Positions 31,201 to 43,816 of a stretch of DNA of 64,000 nucleotides are shown here, piece by piece. This stretch comes from a virus, in IMG/VR virus record IMGVR_UViG_3300024999_000080, positions 12,878 to 76,877 of that record. One strand, given 5' to 3'. Every line of letters starts with the position of its first letter. Position 1 is the first letter of the stretch. Below the pieces are notes generated by a model. That model had not been told where the DNA came from, searched no databases, and saw only the letters and a list, made by a program, of their open reading frames with translations. The position numbers were made by a program, and so were the translations under genes.

Positions 31201-33878
31201 TGGAAAACAAATTTTATATTATATTAGACCATGTACTATTTGTGGTTTTGAGATAGAAGGGAATCATTCTTTTTCATATAATATAAAAAATAGTTTTACA
31301 TTGCGTATTAGGGTAATTGATGAGAATGATTCATCAAAAGTCTTTAATGTGAATGAAGTTTATTTTACTGAAGAAGACGCACAAGAGATGGTGGATAAGA
31401 TGAGTAATAATCTAAGCAAATAGAATAGTTGATTGATTTGAATAATGAAAGGAGGAAAAATCATGAGTATATATTTAGACACTGTAAATTGCATCGTCTG
31501 TGGAAAAGAAGCATTTATTTATACTGGACATGTAAAAGATAATAATGAAGATATTATTGCAGGATTTTGTTCAAATGATTGTTATGAATCTATAAAATCA
31601 AATAATATTGGTTGCTATGGAGAATACAAAGAAGAGATGGGAAAACAAAGTAGAATGTGGTAGAAAGGAGAACAAAAAAGCAAATGAGAAATAAACTAAA
31701 ATTAATAATAGAAAAAGAAAAAACTTATACTGACTGGCTTAAACATGAACATAATTCTCTTACATACAATATCCAGCAATTGACAAATGAAAAATGTGAT
31801 ATTGAAAACAAACTAATAAACAATCTCATCTGCCCAAAATGTTATTTTCCATTAACACAAAATAAATTCACAACTTATGGCGAAACTTATTACGAATGTA
31901 CTAGTTGTGATTTTTCTATTCAGCAGTAAAAAGACCCTGCTCGAAAGCAAGGCCAAGTGCAATAAGACGAGAACAAAATTAGTTGACGAATGGTAGTATA
32001 TCCATATCAGGGATAATTATACAAGATGAAAGAAGGAAATTAACAAATGAAATCAAGAGATATTGTAATCTTATTAGGATTAACAGAAATTGCATCACAA
32101 TGTATTGATAATGAAACAATGTCAGAGGATGAATTCAAAAGTTTCTTTGATGGTTGTGATCTTGATAAAATTGAAGAGCAGAATCAAATAGAAGAAAATG
32201 TTGCACTAGAAGAATTAAAAATTATGCTAAAAGAATATGGAAATATAATAAGAGAGGAACAAAATGAAAAATGAAAATATTAAATGTAATTTAGAAGTTG
32301 AATGTCGAGATGGAACGATTCAGTGTAAAACCATTTGTCCTGTTCATTTTATGGAAGATAGATGCTGTAAATTTTGTTTGGAAATTAATGTTTGTGATAA
32401 GATTTGTGGTTTTATTAAAATCAATTTTAAGGAGTGAATACATAATGAAATGTATAAAGGAGAATTGTAATCTATCATTCATGTCAGGTAATTGTGGATA
32501 TTGTAATGTTTTGGAAGCATTTGTTTTTGGAATGGAGAATAATGAATTAAAATGCTCTTTACCAGATAAAATTGTAGTAATGGAAAAGGAATTAAATCAT
32601 TATAAATGTGCTTTGGATAAGGTGATAATGTATCATGATGATAACGGAGGAATAGATTAATTTATGAAATGTATTGGTGAGAAATGTTCTAGTTTCAAAA
32701 CAGATTATTTTTATCCATTATGTTTAGAAAAAAATTGTAGGATATTTGAAGGTAGTGAATGTAAATTACTTGATAAAATTAAGGAAACTAGAGATGATTT
32801 AGTTAGAATGTGTGATTTGTTTGAGAATTTATTGGAGATTAATGATTATAGTTTAGATGAAATTGTTGATGGAATCAATTAAAAAATGTATTCGTTTGAA
32901 TTAAAAGAAAGGAGAAATTTTATGTTTCTTACTGGCGAGAATGTAACAATTCGTGATTCTGATTTTGAATTTTATTTAAAAGGCAAACCTACTGGAGAAT
33001 ATGCAAAAGGTAGGATTATTAGCAAAAATGGTTCTTTATATGTTGTTAAATTATATTGTAACGGAGAAGTTTATGAGATTAAGGAGTCATATCTTTATAT
33101 ATCATGGTCGTGAATCGTATTTGAACTGAGTGAAAGGAGAGTGATAATTATGTGGAATTTCATTGCAGGAATATTTTTAGGATATATGCTCAGACCATTA
33201 ATAGAAACAATCATAGGAATAGCGGTTAAGATATTTAAAAATGCTTATTCAGAATATAAAAATCAATAGAGAGGATGATAAATAAATGGAAGATGCGTGT
33301 TATAACTGTGTTGCTAATTGTCCAGGAGATATTCATTGCAAGCCATTTAAATGTAAATATTATAAACGCTATGATAATGATGTGCTAGATCATGAAATGC
33401 AAACAAACAAAGATAAAAGAATTATGATAACTATTGGATATCTTGAACATTTTAGTCAAAATAGTATGGAGAAATATGTATTCTATTCTTACAAAGAATT
33501 CTTTCAGTTTTGGAGTCATCATAGTAATCAAGGGATAATTAAATTATTTGGCTGTAGTGAGATGGAGGATGATTAATGTCTGGATTAACACCTGAAAAGA
33601 AAGCAATTCTTAAAGGTCTTATGGGTAGTTGCAAATGTCCAATTAGTCTAAGTTTGTTGTGTATGGAGGAGAGATATAAAATGAGAAAACCATTAATTGA
33701 ACTTATAGTACCTAAGTCTGGAGATTGGGAAGTATTAAGAATGAATTTAGGTGAAGATTTTAAACACGAAGGACATTCAATTCCTAATGGAGCATGGATT
33801 AAGTTATTAGAAATGTTAGGTTATGAGGTTGAAGTAAAATGTATTTCAGATGAAGATATGGATAATGAGAGATATTAG
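28203..33878 (+). other. Array of about 20 small hypothetical genes, many Cys-rich; includes an untracked 57-aa Cys-rich ORF at 32264..32437
   Basis: Co-oriented ORFs with RBSs, often separated by the boundary motif. Confidence 0.7.
31928..32010 (-). ncRNA. Candidate minus-strand small RNA
   Basis: Minus-strand TATAAT at 32016-32021 and minus-strand terminator GGCCTTGC-TTTCGA-GCAGGGTC-TTTTT, whose G-U pairs work only on the minus strand. Confidence 0.35.
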
Positions 33879-33993
33879 AATTTCACAGGCATACAAAGCA
33901 GTCATACCAAGGGTTTCAAAATTATAAAATCCTAGCAAATTGTGATTTTATGGGAGTTAAAAATAAATTAAAATAAAAAGGAGAAATGATAAA

Positions 33994-34752
33994 ATGAACG
34001 ATGTACAAATTTATGAAAATACTGAATTAGGTTTCAAAGTTAGAACAAAATTAAATGAAGATAAGAGCATTAGTATGAATGCGGAAGATACTGCAATAGG
34101 TTTTGGATGGTCAAGAGAGAAAAATGGTAAACTTTATGTAACATGGGACAGAATGAATGGATATATTAGTGATTTTGGTTTTCCACAGAAGTGTGGAAAG
34201 GATGATTACATACCAGAAAGCTTATTTTACCTTCTTGGGATGAAAGCAAGTAGTGATTCTGCTGTAAATTATCAGAAGTGGTTAGCTATTGATGTGATTC
34301 CATCTATTCGTAAACACGGAGCATTTATTGCAGATGGTGAAAATGTAGATGTTAATTTTATTTTAAATGAATTAAGATTCAGTATGAAAAGAACCATCAA
34401 AACTTTTACTAATGCAAATATACAAGATGTTAAAAAGTTATATGAAGAATTTAGAGAGTATATAGACGTTGAATATAAATATAAAACTGATGAGAGGGTT
34501 GCTCGTTATAAAAGTGTCGAGAAGGGGTTAGATGGTTTACATGACAGATTAATTGCGGAGGATACCAGTAATGTTGGCGATTGCTATAATGTTAGAAAAC
34601 TTAAAGAGAAGGTTATTATTGATAGAACCACCTTAGAGAAAAGAATTAGTGGAGGCGAGAAAGCAGGAATGACCAGAGAAATAAGTAGGTTGAATGATGA
34701 AATTGAAAACATAAACTCCTCAAGTCAATACAGTGATTTAGAAAACGATTAA
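33994..34752 (+). CDS. BRO/Ant-type phage antirepressor
   Basis: IYEN.E.G..VR, AEDTAIGFGW, YIPE..FY.L.MKA, YQKWLAIDVIPSIRKHG. Confidence 0.8.
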   Translation: MNDVQIYENTELGFKVRTKLNEDKSISMNAEDTAIGFGWSREKNGKLYVTWDRMNGYISDFGFPQKCGKDDYIPESLFYLLGMKASSDSAVNYQKWLAIDVIPSIRKHGAFIADGENVDVNFILNELRFSMKRTIKTFTNANIQDVKKLYEEFREYIDVEYKYKTDERVARYKSVEKGLDGLHDRLIAEDTSNVGDCYNVRKLKEKVIIDRTTLEKRISGGEKAGMTREISRLNDEIENINSSSQYSDLEND

Positions 34753-35478
34753 TTATGAATGAATTTGAGAAGCTAAAATACGACAACGATTATCGCACTT
34801 ATGGATATTACAAAACTCATAAACTTAAAAATAGTCAGACAATAGGAATATATTTTTGGAAACATGAACAAAGTAAATCAAATGATTATGTAATACTATT
34901 AGCAATAGCAAATAAGAAGAAACATCTTAGACAATTAATATTGGGAGAAAAAGATATATTGACCGATCATGAAACTGGAAAATGTGGATTAGAAGGTTTG
35001 TTGTGGGCAAAGAATCGGATTATTGAGTTTGAGAAGTCTGATTGTTGTAAAGATGGAGATTTTATTAGTGTATATTGGACTGACAATAGGCGTAGAGATG
35101 TTTATGAGTATGGATTGAGAAAGTTGGGATTTGTGATTGGATATAGGGATGGTAGAAAATGTTTGAGTAAGAGGATTGTTAAGGATTAAATAAGAAAGGA
35201 AGTGTAAATAAAAATTGTCTATAGAAATATTGGGTCAACCAAAAGGAGAAATAGAAGTAAAAAGATTTTATCTCTCAGGTTTACAGATGAATGTAATATG
35301 TCCAGAGTGTGGATTTGAATATCTGTGGGGAGATTATTTGAGTTATCCCGATGTAAATACATCAATAGATTTGGGTTTAGCATGTTCAGAATGTGATCAT
35401 AATTGGACTGAGCAAATAATATTAAAATTGAATGTAGAATTGGCTTAAGTGTTAAGATATAAATTAATAAATAAATAT

Positions 35479-35537
35479 TTGACAATATGGATTCACTTGT
35501 AGTATAATTATGGTAGAGGTGCAAATGAATCCATATT
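35479..35537 (+). promoter_or_regulatory. ligA promoter overlapped by a 12-bp inverted repeat
   Basis: TTGACA-18-TATAAT; aatatggattca (35484) / tgaatccatatt (35526). Confidence 0.7.
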
Positions 35538-35561
35538 AATTTGAGAAAGAAGGAATAAGAA

Positions 35562-37565
35562 ATGGATGAAAATATTCAAATGCAAGAATTGGTCAAGAAG
35601 TTAAACAAACACTCTTACGAATATTATACTCTCAGTAACCCAAGTATATCAGACTCAGAGTTCGACCTTTTATATCGAAAGCTAGAAGCCTTAGAGGCGA
35701 AATTAAATTACATATTGCCTGACAGTCCGACACAAAGAATTGGTGATATTGTCTTAGATAAATTTGAAAAGCATGAGCATAAGTTTAGACTCTATTCAAT
35801 GGATAAAGCACAGAACATGGATGAACTTGATACATGGCATAATAAAAATAAATCATTTGTAAAACAAAATAATTTACCTGAGATTCAATATGTTGTAGAG
35901 AAAAAGTTTGACGGGTTATCAATTAATAATACTTACAAAGGCGTGTTGTTATCTTCTGCAACTAGGGGAACCGGTGGAATCAAAGGTGAATTAGTCACAG
36001 CACAAGTAAAAACAATCAAATCAATTCCATTAAGTATTGATAGTAATATTTTATTAGAAGTTCATGGTGAAGCTTATATGAGAAAAAGTGTATTCAATAA
36101 ATATAATGAAACTGCTAAAATTCCTTTAAAAAATGTAAGAAATGGAGCATCAGGAGCAATCAAGAATTTAGACGTAAAGGAAACTGCTAATAAAAATTTA
36201 GATGCTTTCTTTTATGATATTGGATACAGCGAAGGATTAAAATTCAATACTTACATGGAAATGATGGAATTTATCACAAAAATGGGATTACCAGTTGATC
36301 AAGATTATTATCTTTGTAATACCATTGAAGAAGTTAAAGAAAAAATTGCTTTAATTGAAGAACTAAGACCAAACCTAGATTATGAAATTGATGGAGCAAT
36401 AGTAAGTATTAATGATATCAAAACAAGAGAAGCAATGGGATTCGCTACAAAGTTTCCTAGATGGGCAATTTCATTTAAATATGAATCAGAAGAAACAACA
36501 ACAGAATTATTAGATATTGAATTTAGAACAGGTCGTACAGGAAAAGTAACCCCTAGAGGAACTTTAGAGCCTGTAGACTTAATGGGTTCGACTGTTTCTT
36601 ATGCAACTCTAAACAGCATGGATGATATTAAGAAGAAAGGGGTAAAAATCAATGCAACAATATTTATTCGAAAGTCTAATGACGTGATCCCTGAGATATT
36701 AGGAGTTGTAGAAGATAGTGTTACGGATGATATGCCTGATATTAAAATGCCAACACATTGTCAATCATGTGGAAGTGAATTAGTACAAGATGGAGTTCAT
36801 TATTTTTGTAGAAACTCATTGAATTGTAAAGCACAAATTGTAAAATCAATAGCTCATTTTGGTACTTTGCAAGCAATGAATATTGATGGATTTAGTGAGC
36901 AAACTGCGTTACTTTTTGTTGAGAATGGAATTATTAGTAATGTTTTAGATTTGTTTAGTTTGGAAAGCAAAAAGGATAAGATTATTAAACTACCCAAATT
37001 TGGAGTTAAGAAATATAACAATCTGATTCAAGCAATTGAAAATTGTAAGAAGGTTAAATTAGAATCCTTTGTTTACGGATTAGGTATTGAAGGTGTTGGA
37101 CTTGGGGGATCAAAGAATCTATGTAAGCATTTTAATAATGATATTGCTCTGATTATGACTGCAAATTTAAGCGAGTTATTAGCAGTAGATGATTTTGGCC
37201 CAATTACGGCAGAAAATGTTTATAATTATTTTATGGATGATAATAATTATTTGCAAACAATTGAATTATTAGGTCATATTGAAATTAAAAAAGAAGAAAA
37301 GAAGGAAGTGGTTAATGTGAGTGATAGTTTTTTTAAAGGCAAAACTACGTACTGTACTGGAACTTTTGAATCATATAAAAAGGAACAGTTAAAAGCAATA
37401 TTAGAAGATTTAGGAGCAACGTTTGCAAATGGATTTACAAAATCTCTTGATTTCTTAATTGTAGGTAAAATGAAAGGTTCTTCGAAAGTCGAAAAAGCTA
37501 TTAAAGCAAATATTCCTGTTTTGAGTGAAGATGAGTTTTTAGCAATTATTGGAGGGGTAAAATAA
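35562..37565 (+). CDS. ligA: NAD-dependent DNA ligase
   Basis: YY...P.ISD.EFD, EKKFDG (KxDG), TRG, EVHGE, PRWAI, zinc finger, HhH and BRCT domains. Confidence 0.96.
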   Translation: MDENIQMQELVKKLNKHSYEYYTLSNPSISDSEFDLLYRKLEALEAKLNYILPDSPTQRIGDIVLDKFEKHEHKFRLYSMDKAQNMDELDTWHNKNKSFVKQNNLPEIQYVVEKKFDGLSINNTYKGVLLSSATRGTGGIKGELVTAQVKTIKSIPLSIDSNILLEVHGEAYMRKSVFNKYNETAKIPLKNVRNGASGAIKNLDVKETANKNLDAFFYDIGYSEGLKFNTYMEMMEFITKMGLPVDQDYYLCNTIEEVKEKIALIEELRPNLDYEIDGAIVSINDIKTREAMGFATKFPRWAISFKYESEETTTELLDIEFRTGRTGKVTPRGTLEPVDLMGSTVSYATLNSMDDIKKKGVKINATIFIRKSNDVIPEILGVVEDSVTDDMPDIKMPTHCQSCGSELVQDGVHYFCRNSLNCKAQIVKSIAHFGTLQAMNIDGFSEQTALLFVENGIISNVLDLFSLESKKDKIIKLPKFGVKKYNNLIQAIENCKKVKLESFVYGLGIEGVGLGGSKNLCKHFNNDIALIMTANLSELLAVDDFGPITAENVYNYFMDDNNYLQTIELLGHIEIKKEEKKEVVNVSDSFFKGKTTYCTGTFESYKKEQLKAILEDLGATFANGFTKSLDFLIVGKMKGSSKVEKAIKANIPVLSEDEFLAIIGGVK

Positions 37566-38014
37566 TGATTAAAATGGTTGATGATAATATTTTACAAGCA
37601 ACAGAAGATATAATTGCCCACCAAGTAAATAGTATGGGAGTTATGGGAAGTGGTATAGCGAAACAAATTAAAGAGAAATATCCTGAAGTTTTTGATCAAT
37701 ATAGAAAATTCTTTATCAATAATAAGTTTACCGCATTGGGTAAATGTCAAATTGTAAAAACAGAAGATAATAAATATATAGCAAATCTATTTGGTCAGTA
37801 TAATTATGGAAGAGATAAACAATATACTGATTATAAAGCATTAGAAGAGGCGTTATTTTCATTAAAAGTAAGCGCAAAAGACCATAAGAAGTCTGTTGCA
37901 ATCCCATTTAATATTGGATGTGGTTTAGCAGGAGGTTCATGGGAAGTAGTCTACAAAATCATTGAAGAAGTTTTTCAAGATTATGATGTAACTTTATATA
38001 GGTTGAATATGTAA
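37565..38014 (+). CDS. Macrodomain (ADP-ribose processing) protein
   Basis: IAHQVN..GVMGSGIA, ANLFGQ, IGCGLAGGSW. Confidence 0.9.
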   Translation: MIKMVDDNILQATEDIIAHQVNSMGVMGSGIAKQIKEKYPEVFDQYRKFFINNKFTALGKCQIVKTEDNKYIANLFGQYNYGRDKQYTDYKALEEALFSLKVSAKDHKKSVAIPFNIGCGLAGGSWEVVYKIIEEVFQDYDVTLYRLNM

Positions 38015-38027
38015 AATATCTAAAAAG

Positions 38028-38080
38028 CAAACACTATATGTAGTGTCTAGTATTACAAAACACACTACATATAGTGTTTG
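38028..38080. promoter_or_regulatory. Tandem NrdR-box-like operators forming a perfect 19-bp inverted repeat
   Basis: ACACTATATGTAGTGT (38031) and ACACTACATATAGTGT (38062), 31 bp apart. Confidence 0.6.
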
Positions 38081-41000
38081 AAATCCCATAAGTTATCGAT
38101 TTCGAGGGATAAGGAGTCAAAACGACAATGAAAAATGATATTCCACAACGTATTAAAGACAATCCAAGCATTTATATACCCGATGGCCTATATTGTCACG
38201 GAAGAGCATCAAAAATAAGAGTGTGTCCTTTTTGGGATTTAGACAAAGAGAAACCAGAACAGCAAAATGGTTATTGCCATTATTTAAAACAAGGTGATTG
38301 GGATTTTGATTATACAGGATTACTTTGGGACATGTGTAAAGAGTGCGACATAAATTTATCTTCATAATTTAAAATACCAAACTTATTTGATAAAGAAAGG
38401 AATGATGAAAATTAATATAAGAAAAGATTTATTTAAAATTTTTCAAGAGAACAAAGATGAATATGATTTGTATGAAAAAGTAGTGAATTATATTGAGTCA
38501 AAAATAGAAACCACAAAAGGCGAGGAGAATGCAGAATTTTATTATCAAATAATGCAACTAGAAAATAGTATTAATAATGCAGGATGGGAAGATCGTCATT
38601 CTCAACAAATCCAAAAATTATGGGATATTCAAAATAATATTACAGGTAGATATGAAAAATATTTATCATAGAATCAAAGGATTATTTCATGCCAAGTAAG
38701 AAAGGAGTAAACTATGCGTAAATACATAGTAGATAATTTAGAAAATACATCAACCAATGAACATAATTTCGACCAAGAATATCACAATAAATATATTTCT
38801 AAAACAGGAGAAGTAATTAAACATGATTATAAATCAGGAGTATTTAAATCATTTATATGTTTAGGCTTTGATAAGGATGAAAAAGGATTCTTTACAGATG
38901 TTGATTGGTTTCATGTTTGTGATTTGAGGAATCCACAGTTTGGTGGTTAAATTGGAAAGGTGTAAGGAGTATGAACAATGAAAATTAGAATTATCAAAGA
39001 TATGTCAGCAGAAAATAATAGTACAGTTTTAATTACTAAATTTATTGGTAAAGTGTTTGATGCAAAACTATTTGGGTTTACCACAGTTAGAGTAGATTTC
39101 GGTGAGGATTTAGGTGAGTTACATGTTTATAAGGGAGAATACGAGGTTGTAGAATCCTAACACGAAATTTAACATTTATCGTAAAATAGAAAGGAATTGA
39201 TTTAAACAAGATGGAAGAAAGATTTATTGAGTGGACTACTAGGAATATAGAATTTAAAACAAACTCAAACAACTAATGTATCAGAGTATCAAAGGAAAAA
39301 TTAAACATTATGAAATGGATAGTGGAAAAGAGAATAGAAATAAAGGCATAGTGTGTAAATGTTGTTTTTATCTAAGAAATACGTTTGGATTTTCAGCAAT
39401 GACATTATCATATTGTGGAATCTGTAAAGAACCAATTCTCAATGGTAGTTCAGATACAAATAAAGTGTGTGATAAATGTGCAGGGATTAATGATTTATGC
39501 ATACATTGTGGTGGAAAAATGGATTGAGTTCAATTAAACTTATGGACTTATAGGAAAATAAAAAGGAGGATGGCAATGGACTTTAAAGTAGGAGATAGGG
39601 TTAAAGTTGTAAGAATATCTAATGAGGATGATGTATTTGATGTTGAACCAATGTACTTAATAGGTAAAACTGGTACAGTTGTGACAATTGAGAGAAGTAA
39701 GTATATGCCTTTAGATGACACAGACTGTCCCTATCAGATAAAGTTTGATGATGATATTTCTCAAGAATCAGGCAATCTTTATTGGGAAGAAAGAGAGTTA
39801 GAACTGATAGAAGCAATTAATGAAACTAAAATGACAGGAAGAAAAAAATTCAATTTAATATTTGCAAATATGACGAATGAAAGTTTAGCAGATTTGTTTC
39901 TTGGAGGAAGTTGCCCTAGTGAATTTGGTCTTTTTGACAAAAAAGAAACCGGATGTCCAGATTTTATTTGCACAAGTTGTTGGGAAAAAGCTTTAGATAT
40001 GGAGTATGAACAATAAATGGAGGAAATAATATTATGACAATTTGCAAAGAATGTGAATTTTATTCAGAGGATTATTTAACTGGATTATCTCCACAAGATC
40101 AATTAGATCATACTAGTGGTCACTGTATGGATTCTAGTAATCCAGATTTTAATGAATGGGCAAGAACATTTGGTAAAGGTATTGCTAGAGAAGATTCATA
40201 CACAAATCCTAAATGGTGTGCTAAAATTGATAATCCTGAAACAACAGTTGAAGATTATAGTGAAGAGGAAATTAGTGAATTAGTTGCAGTAGAAAAAAAT
40301 TATCGTAAATTAATTGCATATATAAAACATGCAAGATCAAATGATATGCTTTGGTATTAATTAAATAGAAGGAGTTGATTAAATGGATTTAAAAGTTGAA
40401 CCACAAAAACATTCAATAATGACATTGTATGGAACAGATACTCAAGAAATACTCCGTTTTGAACCTAATGGCGATATCTTTATTCATGGCAAATTATCAG
40501 CTAATGATAGGGAAATAACTGATGGATTTAGAGAATTTTTAGGACAACAGGGATTTTAAAAATCAAATAAACAGAACATTTTATGTTGATTGGAGGTGAA
40601 AGTAATGAATGATAAAATCTTGGTTGAATTAACTAAAGAAGAAATGAACATTGTCAAGAATGGAATGTTGCTAATTTTATCCCTTTCAAAGAGAAGTCAA
40701 ATTGATTTGAGAAATAATGCTAAAGATTTATATGAAGGCATTTATAATAAATTTGATTTATTGTATGAAAATAAATGGTATTAAGTCAAATATTCCAGAG
40801 TAAAAATAAAGGAGGAAATAATTAAATTGAATAATACGATATTTATACCAAAAACAATTAAAGTTGGCTACCAAACACGCGATGATACATATACAGGCCA
40901 ACTAGCATACATTATTTATTTTGATCAAAAAGGAGTTTTAAGAAAGGAAAGAAGTTGGGAATCATGGAGAGATAAAAAAATTGAATCACAAGAATTTTTA

Positions 41001-42412
41001 AATGAACCAACTTCAGGATTTGTTTTAAATAAGAAGGTAGGGGATTACAGCTCTCATTGGAGTCACAGACAAGCATATGTAAGGGTTTACGACCCTCGTA
41101 ATTTTGAGTTTGAAGTCACAATAGAAAACCTGCTTTACATTCTTGAAAATGCTAGTTCTATCAAAGGTAAGGGTTTAGAGGGATTTTTCGTGTACGGTTG
41201 GGATGGCAAGGATCTTCTCTTAATGCCTGTGGAGTCACCAGATTACAAAGAGATTACTGAATATAGTGAAATGATTCTTCGAAACAGTTATGTTAAAGCA
41301 AAAGACTTAAAACTAGGTGCAACATATAAAACCAAAACAAATGAAGAATGGATTTATATGGGTAGATTTGACTATCATACTACTAGAAGTGATAAGATAG
41401 AGAGACCACAAATTAATTCTTATAGTTATTATCGTTCATATGATTATGTTCAAGTCAATGTCAACAAAGGTAAACATCATTTCTTTACTAGAGAAACTAA
41501 AGATTATTCATATCTAAGCATATTAACCATTAAATCACTTGGGGAAAGATTCATAGACACTGTATCAACTGATTGTGTAGAAAATTATGCTGAATTATTT
41601 GAAAAACTTGAATGTAAAACTGAATATTCTCCATATGATGAAAGCAAAGATGAATATATTAAATATACATTTGAAGAATTCTGTGAAAAATTAAAAGGTA
41701 GTAGAGGATTATACTGTTGGGATACGCTAAATAAAAATATATATGTAACTAATTTTTATAATGACCAAAACAGATATTATTTTGAAGATAGAAATAGTAA
41801 TACTAGTAAAAAGATAGAAGGTACTCTTGAAGAAATTTACAATATCATCCAACCAATGTACAAAAATGAATACCTAGAAAACAATAAATTATATAGAGAG
41901 GGGAAATAAATATGAAAACTGAAACAAATGATTTAAAAATTATGGAACTAAAAAAGCAAATTGAGGATAAGAAAAGTTTAATAAATAAATCTCAAAAATT
42001 CTCACCAATTACTAATTGTTCTGTTGAAATTGATGGAGAGCGTTCTAATCTACAAGTGTTAACAAAAGATAAGTTAATTTCCTTATTAGTTAAACTTAAT
42101 TCATATGCAATATCTGCTAAAGATTTAGAGGTTGATTTTGTTATTTCTGGTTATCATGTTGCGGATTGGATTACAGATATTAAGTCTAAACTTGATTTTG
42201 TAAGTAGAAAAGAAGAAGAAAATAAACTTAAAGTTATGGAATCCAAATTGCATCAATTACTTTCTAATGAAAAGAAAGTTGAACTTGAAATTGATGAGAT
42301 TATGAAAAATTTGTAATAAATCTTAAAAATTCAAAAAGTGAAAGTGCCTTGTAGCAAGGGTTACAGGGCATGGTACTTCCATTAAAATCTGACTTTTATC
42401 GTAAAATAAACC

Positions 42413-42441
42413 TTGCAATTATTAACAAATTAATGTATAAT
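42413..42441 (+). promoter_or_regulatory. sigmaA-type promoter
   Basis: TTGCAA-17 nt-TATAAT. Confidence 0.7.
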
Positions 42442-42506
42442 TCATAGTGAACTAGGAAATAATATTTACTATAATCCTATGTCAATAAAAGGAGGTAGTA
42501 AATATT

Positions 42507-42720
42507 ATGAGAAGTATTCTAAATGGTTATGTTGAAACATTTTATGTATTAGGAAACAAAGATGGAAAAGCCTAAAAGTTTTATATTAATCACTGATCCT
42601 ATGAGAGCAAAGAAATTTGACTCTAGAGAGGAAGCATCTGATTACCATGATAAATGTAGGAATGATTATTTAGAATATTTGTTTGTTCATCAAATTAGGA
42701 TTACTGTAGAATTGATTTAG
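42507..42720 (+). pseudogene. Frameshifted small gene
   Basis: GGAGG RBS; MRSILNGYVETFYVLGNKDGKA* continues in another frame as KPKSFILITDPMRAKKFDSREEA...ELI*. Confidence 0.5.
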
Positions 42721-43816
42721 TTGTTTGGTTTATTTTGTTTGAGGTGTAATATATAATTGTAATATAAATATATTGCACCTTATTTTTTAAAGAAGAAGGA
42801 GAGATGAAATAAATGGAAAATTATTTTGAAGTAACTAAACAATCGTCTTTACACCAAGAATACATGGATTATATAACTAGTGATAAAATAATGAGGGAAA
42901 TTTCCCATGAGTTTTTATCCAAAAATAATATTAACACAAAGGAATATTCTTCAACTAAAGATACTTTTTACATTGTCCCAACTGAAAAAGATATTGAGGA
43001 CTTTAGCAAAATGCTTAATAAAAAATTGGAAAATGGTTTAAGAGCATTTAAAGCAAAATCTAAAATAGGCAAAGCATGGATAGATACTCTTAAAGAGAAG
43101 GGAGTACAACCATTACATAAACCAATGTTGATGCTGTATTTTAATGTTTATGGCGAAACACAAAGCAGATTATTTGCCATTGAAGATAAAGTATATTGTT
43201 CTTTTAAGAGTGAGCATAATTTTGAAAATCCAGAAGGTTTTATAGAATTAAAAGCAAGTGAGTTTTATAAAATCGTAGAAGATAAAAATGAAAGAAGGAC
43301 TCTAGCAAGGGACTTAATCTAATCTTTTCTAGGAAAATAAAAGGAGGAATTATTGTGAAATTTAAAGTAAACGATAGAGTTAAAATTATAGAAATTGGTG
43401 CTACAGATCCTTCATATTTGTTAAATCAAGTTGGAATAATTATCAAAATAAGAAGAAATAGCGATTATGTTTATGAAATAGAATTTGTAGATGAAAATAT
43501 GAAACATATAGAACAAGTTTTATGGCAAGAGCATGAATTAGATTTTGATAAACCAATTATTAATCAATTCACGAAATTAATGAGTAGTGATTGGGAAGCA
43601 TGGTATATGAATGGTAAATTAATTGCGGAAGGGCATATCGTTAGGGTTGAAAGTATTTTAGATGCTTTAACTGATATATTTCCTAATACATATGATTCTA
43701 TTGAAATATCAGATGAAATTGCAGAAGAAGGATTTAGTGAAAATTTAGAGGATATGAATATCACAGTAAATTGACCATTCAAAGTATATGTGCATAAATA
43801 ATAATTAGGAGGTAAT

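Larger units (their letters stand above)
38128..43774 (+). other. Array of hypothetical genes, including the 40827..41909 / 41912..42316 pair and two KOW/SH3-like ORFs (39570, 43355)
   Basis: Co-oriented ORFs; FKVGDRVKV and FKVNDRVKI N-termini. Confidence 0.65.

Noticed and set aside
32298-32444. N-terminal half of ORF 32298..32660
   Set aside because: It overlaps a better RBS-led Cys-rich ORF (32264..32437); the real start is likely ATG 32445
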